NCBI RefSeq assembly: GCF_046119375.1
Contig: NW_027362769.1
Location: 361,274,001-361,338,000, forward strand
Direction: 5' to 3'
DNA length: 64,000 nt
Source: Phyllobates terribilis
Lineage: Eukaryota
Position 1 is the first letter of the stretch. Each line of letters starts with the position of its first letter. A model generated the notes under the pieces. That model was given only the letters and a program-made list of their open reading frames with translations, was not told where the DNA came from and did no database searches. This document shows, piece after piece, positions 1-13,458 of this stretch. Made by a program: the position numbers and the translations under genes.

Positions 1-99
1 TACAGAGCATTAAGAGCACCGCCAGGTTACTAGACATAGCAAAACAATCATAAAAATAACATTTTTATACAATACCACTAAGTGATAAAAGGTTGTAAT

Positions 100-2460
100 T
101 AATAGATGAGGACTGCTCCCATAAGGTGAAGGGAGGGAATATAAGGGTGCTGTCATGGTCTCTGAAAAATCCCGTTACCGGTAAGTAACTTATGACTTTA
201 TCGGTCGACCATGACAGCACCACGAGAGAATTGCAGAGATGAAAAAGTCTAGGGAGGGACCACTGCCTGGAGCACCCTTCTCCCAAATGTGAGGCTGGAT
301 GAAACACCCAAATCCAGTCTATAGTGCCTATAGAAGGTAGATGGAGAAGACCAGGTAGCAGCCTTACATATGTCTTCCATCGAGACACCAGTCTTCTCCA
401 CCCATGAGGTTGCCACCGCCCGGGTAGAGTGAGCCTTCAACCCCTGTGGCGCTTCCTCACCGCTGGAGACATAGGCTAGAGTAATAGCCTCCCTGATCCA
501 CCTAGTTATGGTGGATTTAGTAACCTTAAGCCCCTTCCTCGCCCCTTGGAAGGAGATAAATAAGGAACTATCTTTCCTGAAGGCCTGGGGGACCGACAGG
601 TACTTAATCACACATCTTCTAACATCTAAGGTATGGAACTCTGCTTCTTTTTGGTTACTTGGATTAGGACAGAACGAGTGAAGTATTATTTCCTGGAGTC
701 TATGGAAATGGGAAACTACTTAAGGGAGATATGCCGGGTCCGTTCTAAGAATTATTCTATCGTCCAGGATTTGAGTGAAAAGTGGGGCTGAAAACAGAGC
801 CTGGATATCACTAACCCTTCTAGCTGATGTTAGGACAGAACGAGTGAAGTATTATTTCCTGGAGTCTATGGAAATGGGAAACTACTTAAGGGAGATATGC
901 CGGGTCCATTCTAAGAATTATTCTATCGTCCAGGATTTGAGTGAAAAGTGGGGCTGAAAACAGAGCCTGGATATCACTAACCCTTCTAGCTGATGTTAGG
1001 ACAGAACGAGTGAAGTATTATTTCCTGGAGTCTATGGAAATGGGAAACTACTTAAGGGAGATATGCCGGGTCCGTTCTAAGAATTATTCTATCGTCCAGG
1101 ATTTGAGTGAAAAGTGGGGCTGAAAACAGAGCCTGGATATCACTAACCCTTCTAGCTGATGTTAGAGCTATTAGAAGCGCTGTTTTAAGGGAAATGGACT
1201 TAAGAGATGCCCACTCTATTGGTTCAAAAGGTGAACCGGTTAATGCTTTTAGAACTAAATTTAGATCCCAGGGTACCAAATCGCTTTTGATAACCGGTCT
1301 GGATCCAAACACAGCTCTGATAAAGCGAGAAATCCAGTAATTCCCTGCCAAGTCAGAGTTATATAGAGCACCTAAGGCAGAGACTTGGACTTTAAGGGTG
1401 CTTGTCGCCAACCCCATCTCGAGGCCCTTCTGTAAAAATTCTAAAATTTTTCTAATTGGAGCTCCCGTACCAACTGTAGAAGCAGAGAAAGATTAAAAAA
1501 AAATTTCCAAGTTCTAGCGTAAATCCTGGTCGTGACAGGTTTTCTACTATACATTAGTGTAGTCACTAGATCTCGGGAGAATCCTTTGCGTTCTAACAGG
1601 GACCTCTCAAGTTCCCCACCGTCAAGTGGAGGCCAGGAGCTTGAGGATGGAATATCGGACCCTGGCTGAGGAGATCCCGGATTTCTGGTAGGACCCAAGG
1701 ATCGGAGATGGACATGTGCCTCAGGCATGAGAACCAGGGCCTCCTGGGTCAAAAGGGGGCGACCAGAAGGACCCTCGCCTTGTCCTCTCTGATCTTTCTT
1801 AGAACTATGGGAAGGAGATTGAATGGCGGGAAAGCGTAGGCCAGACTGAAATCCCAAGCTATTTGGAGAGAGTCTACTGCCAAAGGGTTTTCTCTGGGAT
1901 TTAGGGAGCAAAAGGGCTTTGTCTTTCGATTTAGCCTTGCGGCAAAGAGATCTACCACCGGAAGACCCCATTTCCGGACTATTTGGAAAAAAAAAATATC
2001 CTGCTTTAGTTCCCATTCGCCCTGTCTCAGAGAAAAACGGCTTAAGTAGTTTGCTTTTACGTTTTCTTTTCCTTTGATGTAGAGGGCCGTTAAGGAAATG
2101 AGATGGCATTCCGAAATCCAGGTGGCTCAAAAGGCTGGTACCGATTTGGAGGAAGGACCCTTCTCAGCCGGGGGATCATCCCTGGAGGCTGCAGATTCGT
2201 CCATCCTGCTGGAGCCGTGATGACTGGACTTAGACGCCGAACCTCGTTTTCCTGAGGACCGGGCATTACCAGAAACATGCGGGCGATGCACCTTTTGGGG
2301 CTTCCCAAACCGCCGCTGAGATGGTGGAGATGGCGGCTGCTCAACTTGCTGCTGCTGCTGCTGTTGGTGTTCACTATCAAACTCCATGATAGGGAGAATG
2401 AAGCTGGGAAGCCCTGAACAGTGGTGCCTGGCCAGTTAAATAGGCCTTGATCCACCCCTC
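100..2460 (-). mobile_element. DIRS1-like tyrosine-recombinase retrotransposon, internally deleted and degenerate
   Basis: YR C-terminus (KAHSTRAVATSW...DICKAATWSSPSTFYRHY, 249-611); YR N-terminus (LKVQVSAL...WDLNLVLKAL, 1052-1417); RNaseH end plus methyltransferase-like segment (GKENVKANYLSR, DLFA, AYAFPPF, about 1749-2125); ICR-like 15-bp inverted repeat GGTGCTGTCATGGTC 146-160 / GACCATGACAGCACC 207-221. No RT domain seen. Confidence 0.85.
664..1165. repeat. 166-bp tandem triplication inside the DIRS recombinase gene
   Basis: TTAGGACAGAACGAGTG starts at 664, 830 and 996; the ORF track shows near-identical peptides at 775, 941 and 1107. Confidence 0.95.
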
Positions 2461-2539
2461 CGCCACCAGATTTTAATCAAATTCCTCTTTTTTTTTTCCC
2501 CAGTACCTTTACAAAGAGGGACTATGAGGTACAGACACC

Positions 2540-3620
2540 CTATAAAAGCACTACAAGGCACAGGGGCACCCTGAAGCACTGAGAGATACTATGAGGCCCC
2601 ATTAGGTACTAAAAGGCACTGTGAATCGCTAGGAGGTTCTAACAGGCGCTATACGGCACTATGAAGGCACCATAAGGCGCCATGGTATGCTATGAGTCAC
2701 TATGATATGTTATGCTATGAAGAGCCATAAGGCACAATGAAGTGCTATGAGGCATATTGCCATGAGGCACTATAAAGCACTATGAGACGCTACACGGCAC
2801 TATGATGTGCTTTGAGACACTAACATGCGCTATGAGGCACTGTGAAGCGCTATGTGCCACGAGGCACTATTAAGTGACATGAAAAGCTATGCAATGAGGC
2901 ACCATGCTATAATGTGCTGTGAGGCACCATGCTATAATGTGCCGTGAGGCACCATGCTTCGATGTGCCGTGAGGCACCATGCCATGACGTGCTGTGAGGC
3001 ACCATGCCATGATGTGCCGTGAGGCATCATGCTATGATGCGCCATTAGGCACCGTGCTATGATGCGCCATGAGGCACCGTGCTATGATGCGTCAAGAGGC
3101 ACCGTGCTATGATGTGCCAAGAGGCACCATGCTATGATGTGCCAAGAGGCACCATGCTATCAAGATGTGCTATGAAGCGCTATGCTATGACGCACTATCA
3201 TGTGCCATGAGGCACTATGATGTGCCATGAGGCGAGGCACTACGATGTGCTATGAAGCTCTATGCTATGATGTGCCATGAGGCGCTATGCTATGAGGCAC
3301 TATGATGTGCTATAAAGCGCTATGCCATGACGCACTATGATGTGCAATGAGGCACTATGATGTGCCATGAGGTGAGGCACTATGATGTGTTGTGAAGCGC
3401 TATGCTATGAGGCACTATGATGTGCTATAAAGCGCTATGCTTTGAGGCACTATGATGTGCAATGAGGCACTATGATGTGCTATAAAGCGCTATGCTATGA
3501 CGCACTATGATGTGCAATGAGGCACTATGATGTGCTATAAAGCGCTATGCTATGAGGCACTATGATGTGCTATAAAGAGCTATGATGTGCTCTTTGTGAA
3601 GCGCAAAGAGGCTTTATAAG
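2540..3620. repeat. Degenerate minisatellite built on GAGGCAC(T/C)ATG(CTATG)ATGTGC
   Basis: Regular 25-bp period at 2896, 2921, 2946, 2971, 2996; mixed 20-30-bp higher-order units from about 3160 to 3600. Confidence 0.9.
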
Positions 3621-4084
3621 GCACTGCTCTCAGATTTATATTTAAAAGAGTAATCCATCTTAGTGAAAGATAAACCTTTCCTTTGGGTGGTAAATCTCAA
3701 TTGTCAGACTAGCCCCACCCGAAGGAGCCAACTGATGAGATGCAGCTGGACAGCAGACCTTCACAGAGACCATGTGCTGTATTAACACCATGTGCCGTCC
3801 TATGGATGGAGTAAACAGACTGGAGGACAACAGTAAAACCCTCAGTGTTAGTTTAACATTTACTGAGCAGATTGAGGCTCATTTTTGTGGTAAATTCTGA
3901 AGGCCAATCATGAGGCTCTGTGCGGCCCAGACACGTGGCTCACTTTAGCCTAAAGGTCTAAGGTCCAGCTCCGTCCTGAAGCCAAATTTAAAGCACGATG
4001 CCCTTGGCCCAGATGGGGTCTTACAGAGGTGTCACTCGTCTTCCAGGCAGCGCTCCCACTGGTGTCGGTGCATCAGGAGTGATG

Positions 4085-4870
4085 TGTCATGGAGGTGTAG
4101 TGAGCTGGCCGGCTCTGGCTGTTCTGTGATAATTGATATAGAGCCTGTTACAGAAGTGATTACACAGGATGATGTTGCCACCTTGTGGCCAGAGGTTGCA
4201 CCTGCGCAGGGTGTGATAGAGAAAAAGACAGCCTCCTGTGTCCCGCCCTAGAGAGTCACGTGACCAAAGTGGGAAGCAGGAAAAAGCGCCTGTAGAGTCT
4301 GCTGTGGTCTGTGAAAAGAGCCAGGACGGTGTGCAGGCCCTCGTGTGTGGCGCAGGAGAGACTCTCAACGTGATTTCTTCTATCTGACACCATATCCTCG
4401 GAGCCTTCCCCAGCTCCTGTACTGCTGAAGGATTCAGCTGTTACACTCCCTGCTACTGGAGTGTGGACTACATAAGGGGACCCACCAGAGCTTCTATCCG
4501 GATCAGAGAGACTGTAAGCGGGACCTCTGGCGAGAGGCCGAAATATCCCTTCCTTTCTTTTCGCAAATTCTGCTGTTCCTGTTTTTTTTCCGGCTGGGAC
4601 GCCCTCCTGCAAAGACAGACAGGCCTGCGACGGGGGACACATCCTTCTGGAGTAAAGGACTGGTAACGTGTGAGTAGGGACAGTGAGGGTCAGCTTACCA
4701 GTACACGTTATTACTGTGCGTATTTACGGTTGTCATTTATTGTTTTTTTCTTTGCTGTGTTAAAAATGTATACGAGTAAAGATCTGGTTATCAAGATAGA
4801 GTCTGTGTGTGGGGATCTTGCTGGGCCAGATCATAGATACCAATGCGCGGCCTTGCCCGCGGTCACTTCA
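4085..4870. mobile_element. Possible solo LTR
   Basis: TG...CA ends; flanks GATG/GAGG (imperfect 4-bp TSD); AGTAAA near the 3' end. Weak support. Confidence 0.3.
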
Positions 4871-5448
4871 GAGGGACTGGAAGAAGCCGATCTCCTACCT
4901 AAGCTTTGTCACATCTTCACCACTTGATATGGCTGTGATCCTTGTAACTACTTTCGATTAAGGAAGGTGTGTGTGGTTCTAACTCCAATGTGAGACCTAT
5001 AAAACCAGCGTCTCCCTGCATGTGACTGATGACTACTGTACAGGTCCGTGAACTGGGGACAGGATTGTATGGATGGACTGCAGAACGATAGGCAACAGCG
5101 CAAGAAGGGAAGGGGCCGATGTGTTACAGCAATCTTGTCACACGTCCCATCAATCCTTACTGCAGACTTCTGCTGCGACCCTTATAACCCACGTCTGAAT
5201 TAGTAAAGGGGGGATTATTCCTATGGGAGACCCAAAAGACTAGTATAGTCCTGAATGAGAGTGAAGGCTGCGGAGCTATAGTCCAGCTCCGTGTATGGAG
5301 AACATGGGAATACAGAGACATCGGCGGCTCCTGCTCTAGAAGCCGCATGTTGATCAGAGCAGCTGGTAATGAGTGTGAACTGGACAGACCCCGCTCCCTC
5401 TTTTGGAGGATGGGGTTACTGAGTTCTAGGCTGAGTTTCTGAACGATG

Positions 5449-6020
<572 letters not shown>

Positions 6021-6049
6021 ATCCGTCCTACACGTCTGACTATAACAAA

Positions 6050-6065
6050 GGCTCTTTTCAGAGCC
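6050..6065 (+). terminator. Histone 3' stem-loop (H3)
   Basis: AAA-GGCTCTTTTCAGAGCC-ACCA; possible HDE (AACGAGCT) about 20 nt downstream. Confidence 0.95.
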
Positions 6066-6617
6066 ACCAAATCCTCCATAATAACGAGCTAATCCCTCAC
6101 ATACTCCTCTTAATTCCTTTTCAATCCTCTACAGCTCATTAATATCTGTGGCGCTATTGTCCCCGCAGATCCTACCACAGACCGAATAATACCAGGATTA
6201 GGCTACTGTCACACGATCAGTATTTTGTCAGTCTTTTTCTTTAGTATTTGGAAGCCAAAACCAGATGAGGAACAATCAGGAAAAGTATAATATCAACCAG
6301 TGCATATATTCTGGATTTGTCACTCCTGGTTTGGTTTACATAATCTACCAGCAGCCTGATGGGTGTTATGCCGGGGTCTTAGTGCACAGGACCCGGTCAT
6401 TACACGGCGTCCATCTACAGCTGGGACATTTCCTGTGAACACTCGCTCTCCCCTATCACCCGCACGGGTCTGATCCTGAAGATCTCATGTATCAGAATCC
6501 AGTTGTTCATCCCAAGATAGTTTGTATTTATCATCTGCCACATAATGGATGAGTGGGACCGAACTCAGCATGGGCTGGGGGAGCAGACAAGGCACCAGTA
6601 TAATTCAGGGGTGAATA

Positions 6618-7060
6618 AGACACACGGCCACTGAGGAGTTAAATGGAGGAAATACTTGTATCCGGTATTGGTCGGTGCCTGAGGATGTCTGTCAGTCATT
6701 GGCTGATCACAGATCCGTTGGTGGTTTTGAAATTCCCGCTCAATCGTTGTTCTTTGTCCTCCGGATTATTTATTAACGACTCCTGCTAATAGCGGAGATC
6801 GCAATTTGAGCAATCCGGTCTGGGGGCAGCTCTACCCCGCTGAGAATACAGGGTCCTCTCCTCCAGAGCGGTCTGCCCCCGAACAAATGTGATCGTTCTC
6901 CTGATCGGCAGGTGGAGGATGTGCCGGCCTTGTTATTATTCTGGGAGGTTATTAACCTTTTGAGGCCGCCATCCATCCGAGACTCCAGTGCCCAGGACGA
7001 GGTCATCACACAGACGTCCGTATTCCGGCTACACAGGGCGTCCATCCAGCTGCCTCATAC
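6618..7060. repeat. Duplicated histone-spacer module, copy 1 (contains promoter-like motif block)
   Basis: Aligns by eye with 9827-10150; shares GATGTCTGTCAGTCATTGGCTGATCACAGATCCGTTGGTGGTTTTGAA. Confidence 0.8.
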
Positions 7061-8650
7061 GGACACATTCCCTGCGAGTATTCGCTGCCTCTACAACACA
7101 ATTGTATCTGATCCTGTTAATATCAAGATCAACACATTCATCTGACTGCGGTATGATAGGATTTCTGCTGTGTAGTAATCGCAGCACAGAGAGCTATGTA
7201 CTGTGTGCACAGAGGTATCTATCATGTATGACATTGCTGCAGAGTTATGACTTGGTGACAGATTGCACATGTCAGACATTTCTTACTGCTGTCCATGTTT
7301 CTGCTGTATCATTTATTCTCTACAATCTGCATTAGAAACATAATTTATTATACATATAATGATAGAAAAGGATCCAGAACCAAGATCTCATCCGTCTTTC
7401 TGATTGAGCCCAGCCGCTAATATCTCCCCATATCCTGCAGGAACAACAACCTGTAAGAGGCGGCAGCTGCACTGACAGCACAGAGGCCACTTCTCCCCGG
7501 GGAGACTTCATCTTCTTACAATCAGATTGGTGATCGGAGCTCTCTGCACTTCCGCAGTGATTTCATCTTATAGTACATTAACACTTTGCTTTCCAGACTA
7601 GTAATAATCTTTTATGGACTTACTATTTTCATACTTTTAATTATACAGATGGAGATTGATGTTCAGATTTGAGTCTTATTGTTAGTTTTCATAATGTGTA
7701 ACTGAAATCTCCGATATCCGTATGTATAACTAACTACATTTAGTACTAGAGAATCTTGTCTAGCGATTGTATTGGGATATTTCTCCTCTTAACAAGGGAT
7801 TCATTGTTCTCCTCTTCATTCTTGGAGCTTCTACATGTGGATTTATTGCCTGAGAGCTGCCCGTCCTGACACTGGATAAAGGGGGGGAGGACAAGTGAAA
7901 GAGTAGAAGAACGAGCAGTAACGGAGCAGGAATCTATAGAAAAGGAATAAAGCTCCTGTGAGGGTGTGATGACCGATAACCTAACTGCATGTCTGACCTA
8001 TGGGATCCGGACAACAGTGTAATTTTCTGAGCAATCTGCAATACATGATCGTACATGTCCTGTCACACACTTCCTCCCTGTAGCTGTACAATTGATCTGT
8101 ACATGAATTACTGGATTAAACTACTGGGGAGATGATCGGGGGGATATGGTGGGATCTTATTTTAAAAGCAGTATTGTTTTTCCCTGAAGTATTGAAATAT
8201 CGCTTGTAGGATGCCTACCTAGTAAATTGTCGTCCACAATACAGATTGTGATGTCCTGAAGATAAAGGGAGATGGGATTGTCTCCAGGTCAGACACACGG
8301 GGCACATCACAGCTTTTGGCTGATTCACTCTATATATCTATGAAAGGAAACCGAAGCATCCCTGACCCCGGGTCTTGTATTATAGAAAGCGGAGACTGCT
8401 CAACTAAAATCTCCAGACTCCTGACTCAATGATCGCTGAACACAAGCTGCTTTCCAGATATAGGTCGGTCATAGAACCTCATGTTATATGGAGACAAAGA
8501 ACAGAAAAGCCATCAGCCACTGAGCGGGAACTTCAAACTCATGAACAAAAAGTCACGTGACCTGTGTAAGCTGCGCCCGCTGCGTTTTATTGGTGTTTCC
8601 ACAAGTCTGCTCTCCATTGGCGGCTTCAGATCCATCCAATGATAAGGTAG

Positions 8651-9130
<480 letters not shown>

Positions 9131-9164
9131 GCGCCGCTCCTCCACATCTGTCCGAACAACCAAA

Positions 9165-9180
9165 GGCTCTTCTAAGAGCC
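9165..9180 (+). terminator. Histone 3' stem-loop (H2A)
   Basis: AAA-GGCTCTTCTAAGAGCC-ACCAC. Confidence 0.9.
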
Positions 9181-9826
9181 ACCACATCCTCCTCATCAGA
9201 GCCGGCACCGCTGATAGGCGATGGTCCACACTATATAGAGAGAACAACACGATCTATTCTATGTTCTACTGTATGATTTACTATAGATCGGAAATGTAAA
9301 GCATTGAATAGGTTGATTCGGCTACATTTCATAGCGCAGAGACCACTCTTACCATGCTGGACAGTGATGTGGTATATACAGTAAAGTACAAGGGATGACG
9401 GACATATTTCCTTGGGGAAGGGTGAGCACTAAGCATTTGCTTGGTTGAGCTAACTCCATTTTTCATACAACTCTCGGTGCGGCTGATAACACGTTATTTC
9501 ATAAAGCCTAATTAGACAAATATTGTGGCAGTTGGTTCTATAACCTCCGTTCAGTCCTCAAGTAGGGGATGGCGGGAGAAGAGGTTAATTCTATTCTGTG
9601 CCGTTATCTGTATATTCAGCAGTGATCTGATGCTTCTACTCCGCTCCATCTACACATCCAGGAGGCTCCTCATTCACCCACTAATCTACATTGATTCCCT
9701 GTGGTGTTCGCGCCGATCTGATCACAGACAAAGGAGAAGTCTCACAGGTTCTGCCAGGAGCCTGATGTGATCGCCGCCGGGTCTGGGGAAGACCCCGCTT
9801 CTGTAAAGTGTGGAGGGGGCATCAGC

Positions 9827-10150
9827 AGACACACGGCTACTAAAGAGTTAAACGGTGGAAGAAATACTTCTATACGGTATTGATCGGTGCCTGAGGATGT
9901 CTGTCAGTCATTGGCTGATCACAGATCCGTTGGTGGTTTTGAATTTCCTACTCAATCGTTCTTTGGATTATTACCGGCTCCTCTGCTTGTAGGGAGATCG
10001 CATTCTGGTCTGAGGGAAGCTCTACCCCATTGTACAGCGCAGAGCCGCTTGCCCCAATCACGGTGATCGTAGAAAGGAGGGTGGGCGCCATTATTATTTT
10101 GGCAAGGTTGTGAACTTTCCGAGGCCGCCATCTGTATCGTACTCTGCAAA
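9827..10150. repeat. Duplicated histone-spacer module, copy 2
   Basis: Homologous to 6618-7060 at an offset of about 3.2 kb. Confidence 0.8.
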
Positions 10151-10550
10151 TACACTGAGCCTGATACAAGCCCCGTCCTCAATCACTGGATTTTGTTTCC
10201 ATAGAGAACAATCTTTACCACCTTCATTCAAGGTTTTCTCCGAGCAGCACTCGGAACATCGCTACTGATGGGAGCAGGAATGTACCTTGTATTACAGAAA
10301 GCGGATACTGCTTCCATAACTCGGGAGATCTACAGATTCCTGTATTGGACGTAATCGGTGATTGACTAGAAATCATTCCAACCGCAAGAAACTATTAACC
10401 CTTCAGTGCCAGTATTCTCAGAGTTCGTTCTGAACAATGAGTGAACATTTTAAATCCTTGTGAACAGCGTATAAATCTCGCACTGACATTCACAAGCACA
10501 AGGATTATTATTCCACAGGAGATTGTAGCCTCTCACTTAGAAGATGTGGT

Positions 10551-10566
10551 GGCTCTGAAAAGAGCC
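10551..10566 (-). terminator. Histone 3' stem-loop (H4)
   Basis: Reverse complement reads CAAA-GGCTCTTTTCAGAGCC-ACC. Confidence 0.95.
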
Positions 10567-10598
10567 TTTGGGTTGTCAGGATGGAGCAGAGAATACAA

Positions 10599-11183
<585 letters not shown>

Positions 11184-11228
11184 TCACATATCTAGTGATG
11201 AGCGAGCACTAAAATGTTCGGGTGCTAA

Positions 11229-12462
11229 TGTGGCACCCCTGAGGGTTCAGTCGCCACAGGGGTACTGCACCTCAGACCAAGGTGTGATATCCCCTCTCCG
11301 AAGTATGGAAGGAGCACCTCTCAGGACTCAGCCATCCATCCAACACTACACCTCTCCCACCTGAAGGGGGGGCTTATATGCACCAGGGTGCTGCCCCAGC
11401 TGGGATAAGAGGAGATGGGGGAACCATGTAGTGGGAGAGGGTGGAGGACGCACTTTAGGTTACACCACAAAATTCATATTTAATAAACGGCCATCTTGGG
11501 CTTATGGTCTTTTGATTGTGATCTTCATCACTGAACGTGGCTTTCTGTGTGAACCTGCAGTTGATTGAGGATACACGGTCCTCGTCCTCCAGCCTTGAGG
11601 CGAGGAGCGGGCTAGAGTTAACGGCTGTCTCTACCCGGTCAAGGTCCCTACCTAAGAAGGCCTGGAGGGGAGCAGAGGAGACAAGCTCCACAGGCAAAAG
11701 GATCCCAGGGGGATGCAGACGGAGCGGCATACGCAACCTGTCCTCACTATTCTGGCCTAGGCAGAGGGACTCCTGCTGCAAAAGGGGTACCGGCCCCCGA
11801 TATCTGACTGTCACTTCAAGTCTTAGTCAGAGAAGCCCGGAGGCTCAGAGGATCCCACCGGGTAACGGACGGAGCGGAGTCGCCACCTGTACCCTTGTTC
11901 TGTGCATAGTCCAGAGGGCGACCCAGCCTTGTAACACGCACCACATACGGACAGGAGAGGACCTAGTGGGAAAGTCTAGGAACACTCTGGTGCAGGGGGT
12001 CCTGATTGTTGCACCCGAATTACCCGGAGTGTGCTGAACCCCTTCCTGGTGGCCGCAGCGCGCCGTGAGGAGCAAGGAGAAGCCTTGCAGCTGACACCTA
12101 ACAACGTGAGTAAAGCTTGGAAGACTGCATCCATTGCCTCCGGTCCCTTATTTCACCACACCGCACCACCCACTACGACCCCCCTGATCCGTCTTCTCTG
12201 CCCTGAGGCCCTGCTCCGCCTGTGGGGAGTAGTACCATCTGCTGCTGCCCCGACATCTCGCCTCAGAGGACTGAACGCAGCGCTGGGGGAGGATCACCAG
12301 AAACCACAGGTGTCGTAGTCATTTAATCCACTTGATTACCACCGTCCCTCCTAGCCCTTATTTTGATGTGACGACCTTGGGCACGGACCGAGTCCAGGCC
12401 ACGACTGCAACCCTCAACATCTGACCCGGCTCCGAGTACCCCCCCATCTCTCAGGGTGGGCT
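11229..12462 (+). mobile_element. Solo LTR (Gypsy-like)
   Basis: Starts TGTGGCACCCC...GCCACAG, like the TSD-flanked solo LTR at 34207-35221; the 3' ends align; TSD not resolved. Confidence 0.55.
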
Positions 12463-13458
12463 AGCGAGTAGCGAAGTAGGCTTCACACTTCTTGCTCAGG
12501 TCAAGCAACGAGCCAAATATAAGTTTGCAGGGGGCTTAAAAATTGCCCTAATCAATGGGAACAGTGCTCAAATGACACGGAAACCGCATGGGGAAGATCC
12601 CTGGAAGCATCTCTGACTCTCAGGTCACTGCTGTGAACAACGTTGTCAGAGTATTACTCCACTTTTACGGGCTCACAATAGAACATACAAAAACAAAACT
12701 AAAATGGATTTTCCTGGGGAAAACGTTAAGGAACATTCTTTCCAGGGTAATGACTTTCGTATAAGGCAAAATAAATATCCCCTCAAGAAAATGCTGCTGC
12801 ACACCTTGGGCCAGGCCCGGCATCAGCAACCGGCGAACCCAGGCAAGTGCTGTAGCCCTGAGCAGGCGGGAGGGGGGCACTCACCGCCGGGCACCACACC
12901 GCGCTATGGGATCCCTGAGCGCTCATGGGACCCCGCTTGCTCAGGGCCCCAGCAGCCGACGGCACAATACTTACCTCTCCCCGTGCGTTCGCAGCAGGTC
13001 TGGTCTCTTCCGCGGCTGCTGCACTGTGACGTCTCAGGTCAGAGGGCGCGGTGACGTCTTTACACTGCGCTCTCTCCTGAGCTGTCAGCGCAGAGCTGGA
13101 AGATGCCGGCGACGCTGAGGAGTCCGGAGCAGAGGCAGCAGGTGAGCAGTGAGGCGAGTATTTGATTTTTATTTTTTATATATGTATGGAGTCATGAGGT
13201 ATTATATGGGATGAGGGGGGGGAAATGATATCCTGCATGGGGCATTATATGGGGAGGGACAAGTGACATCCTGCATGAGGCATTATATGGGGGGAAGGGG
13301 GTGACATACTGCATGGGGCATTATGTGGGGGCACAGCCTGCATGCGGCATTATGTGGGGGTCACTATTCTGTATGGAGCGTTATATGGGGGCCAGTATCC
13401 TGTATGGAGTGTTATATGGGGACCAGTATCCTGTATGGAGTGTTATATGAGGACCAGT

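Noticed and set aside
664-3620. CRISPR-like array
   Set aside because: Eukaryotic context; the repeats are contiguous with no unique spacers and no cas genes.
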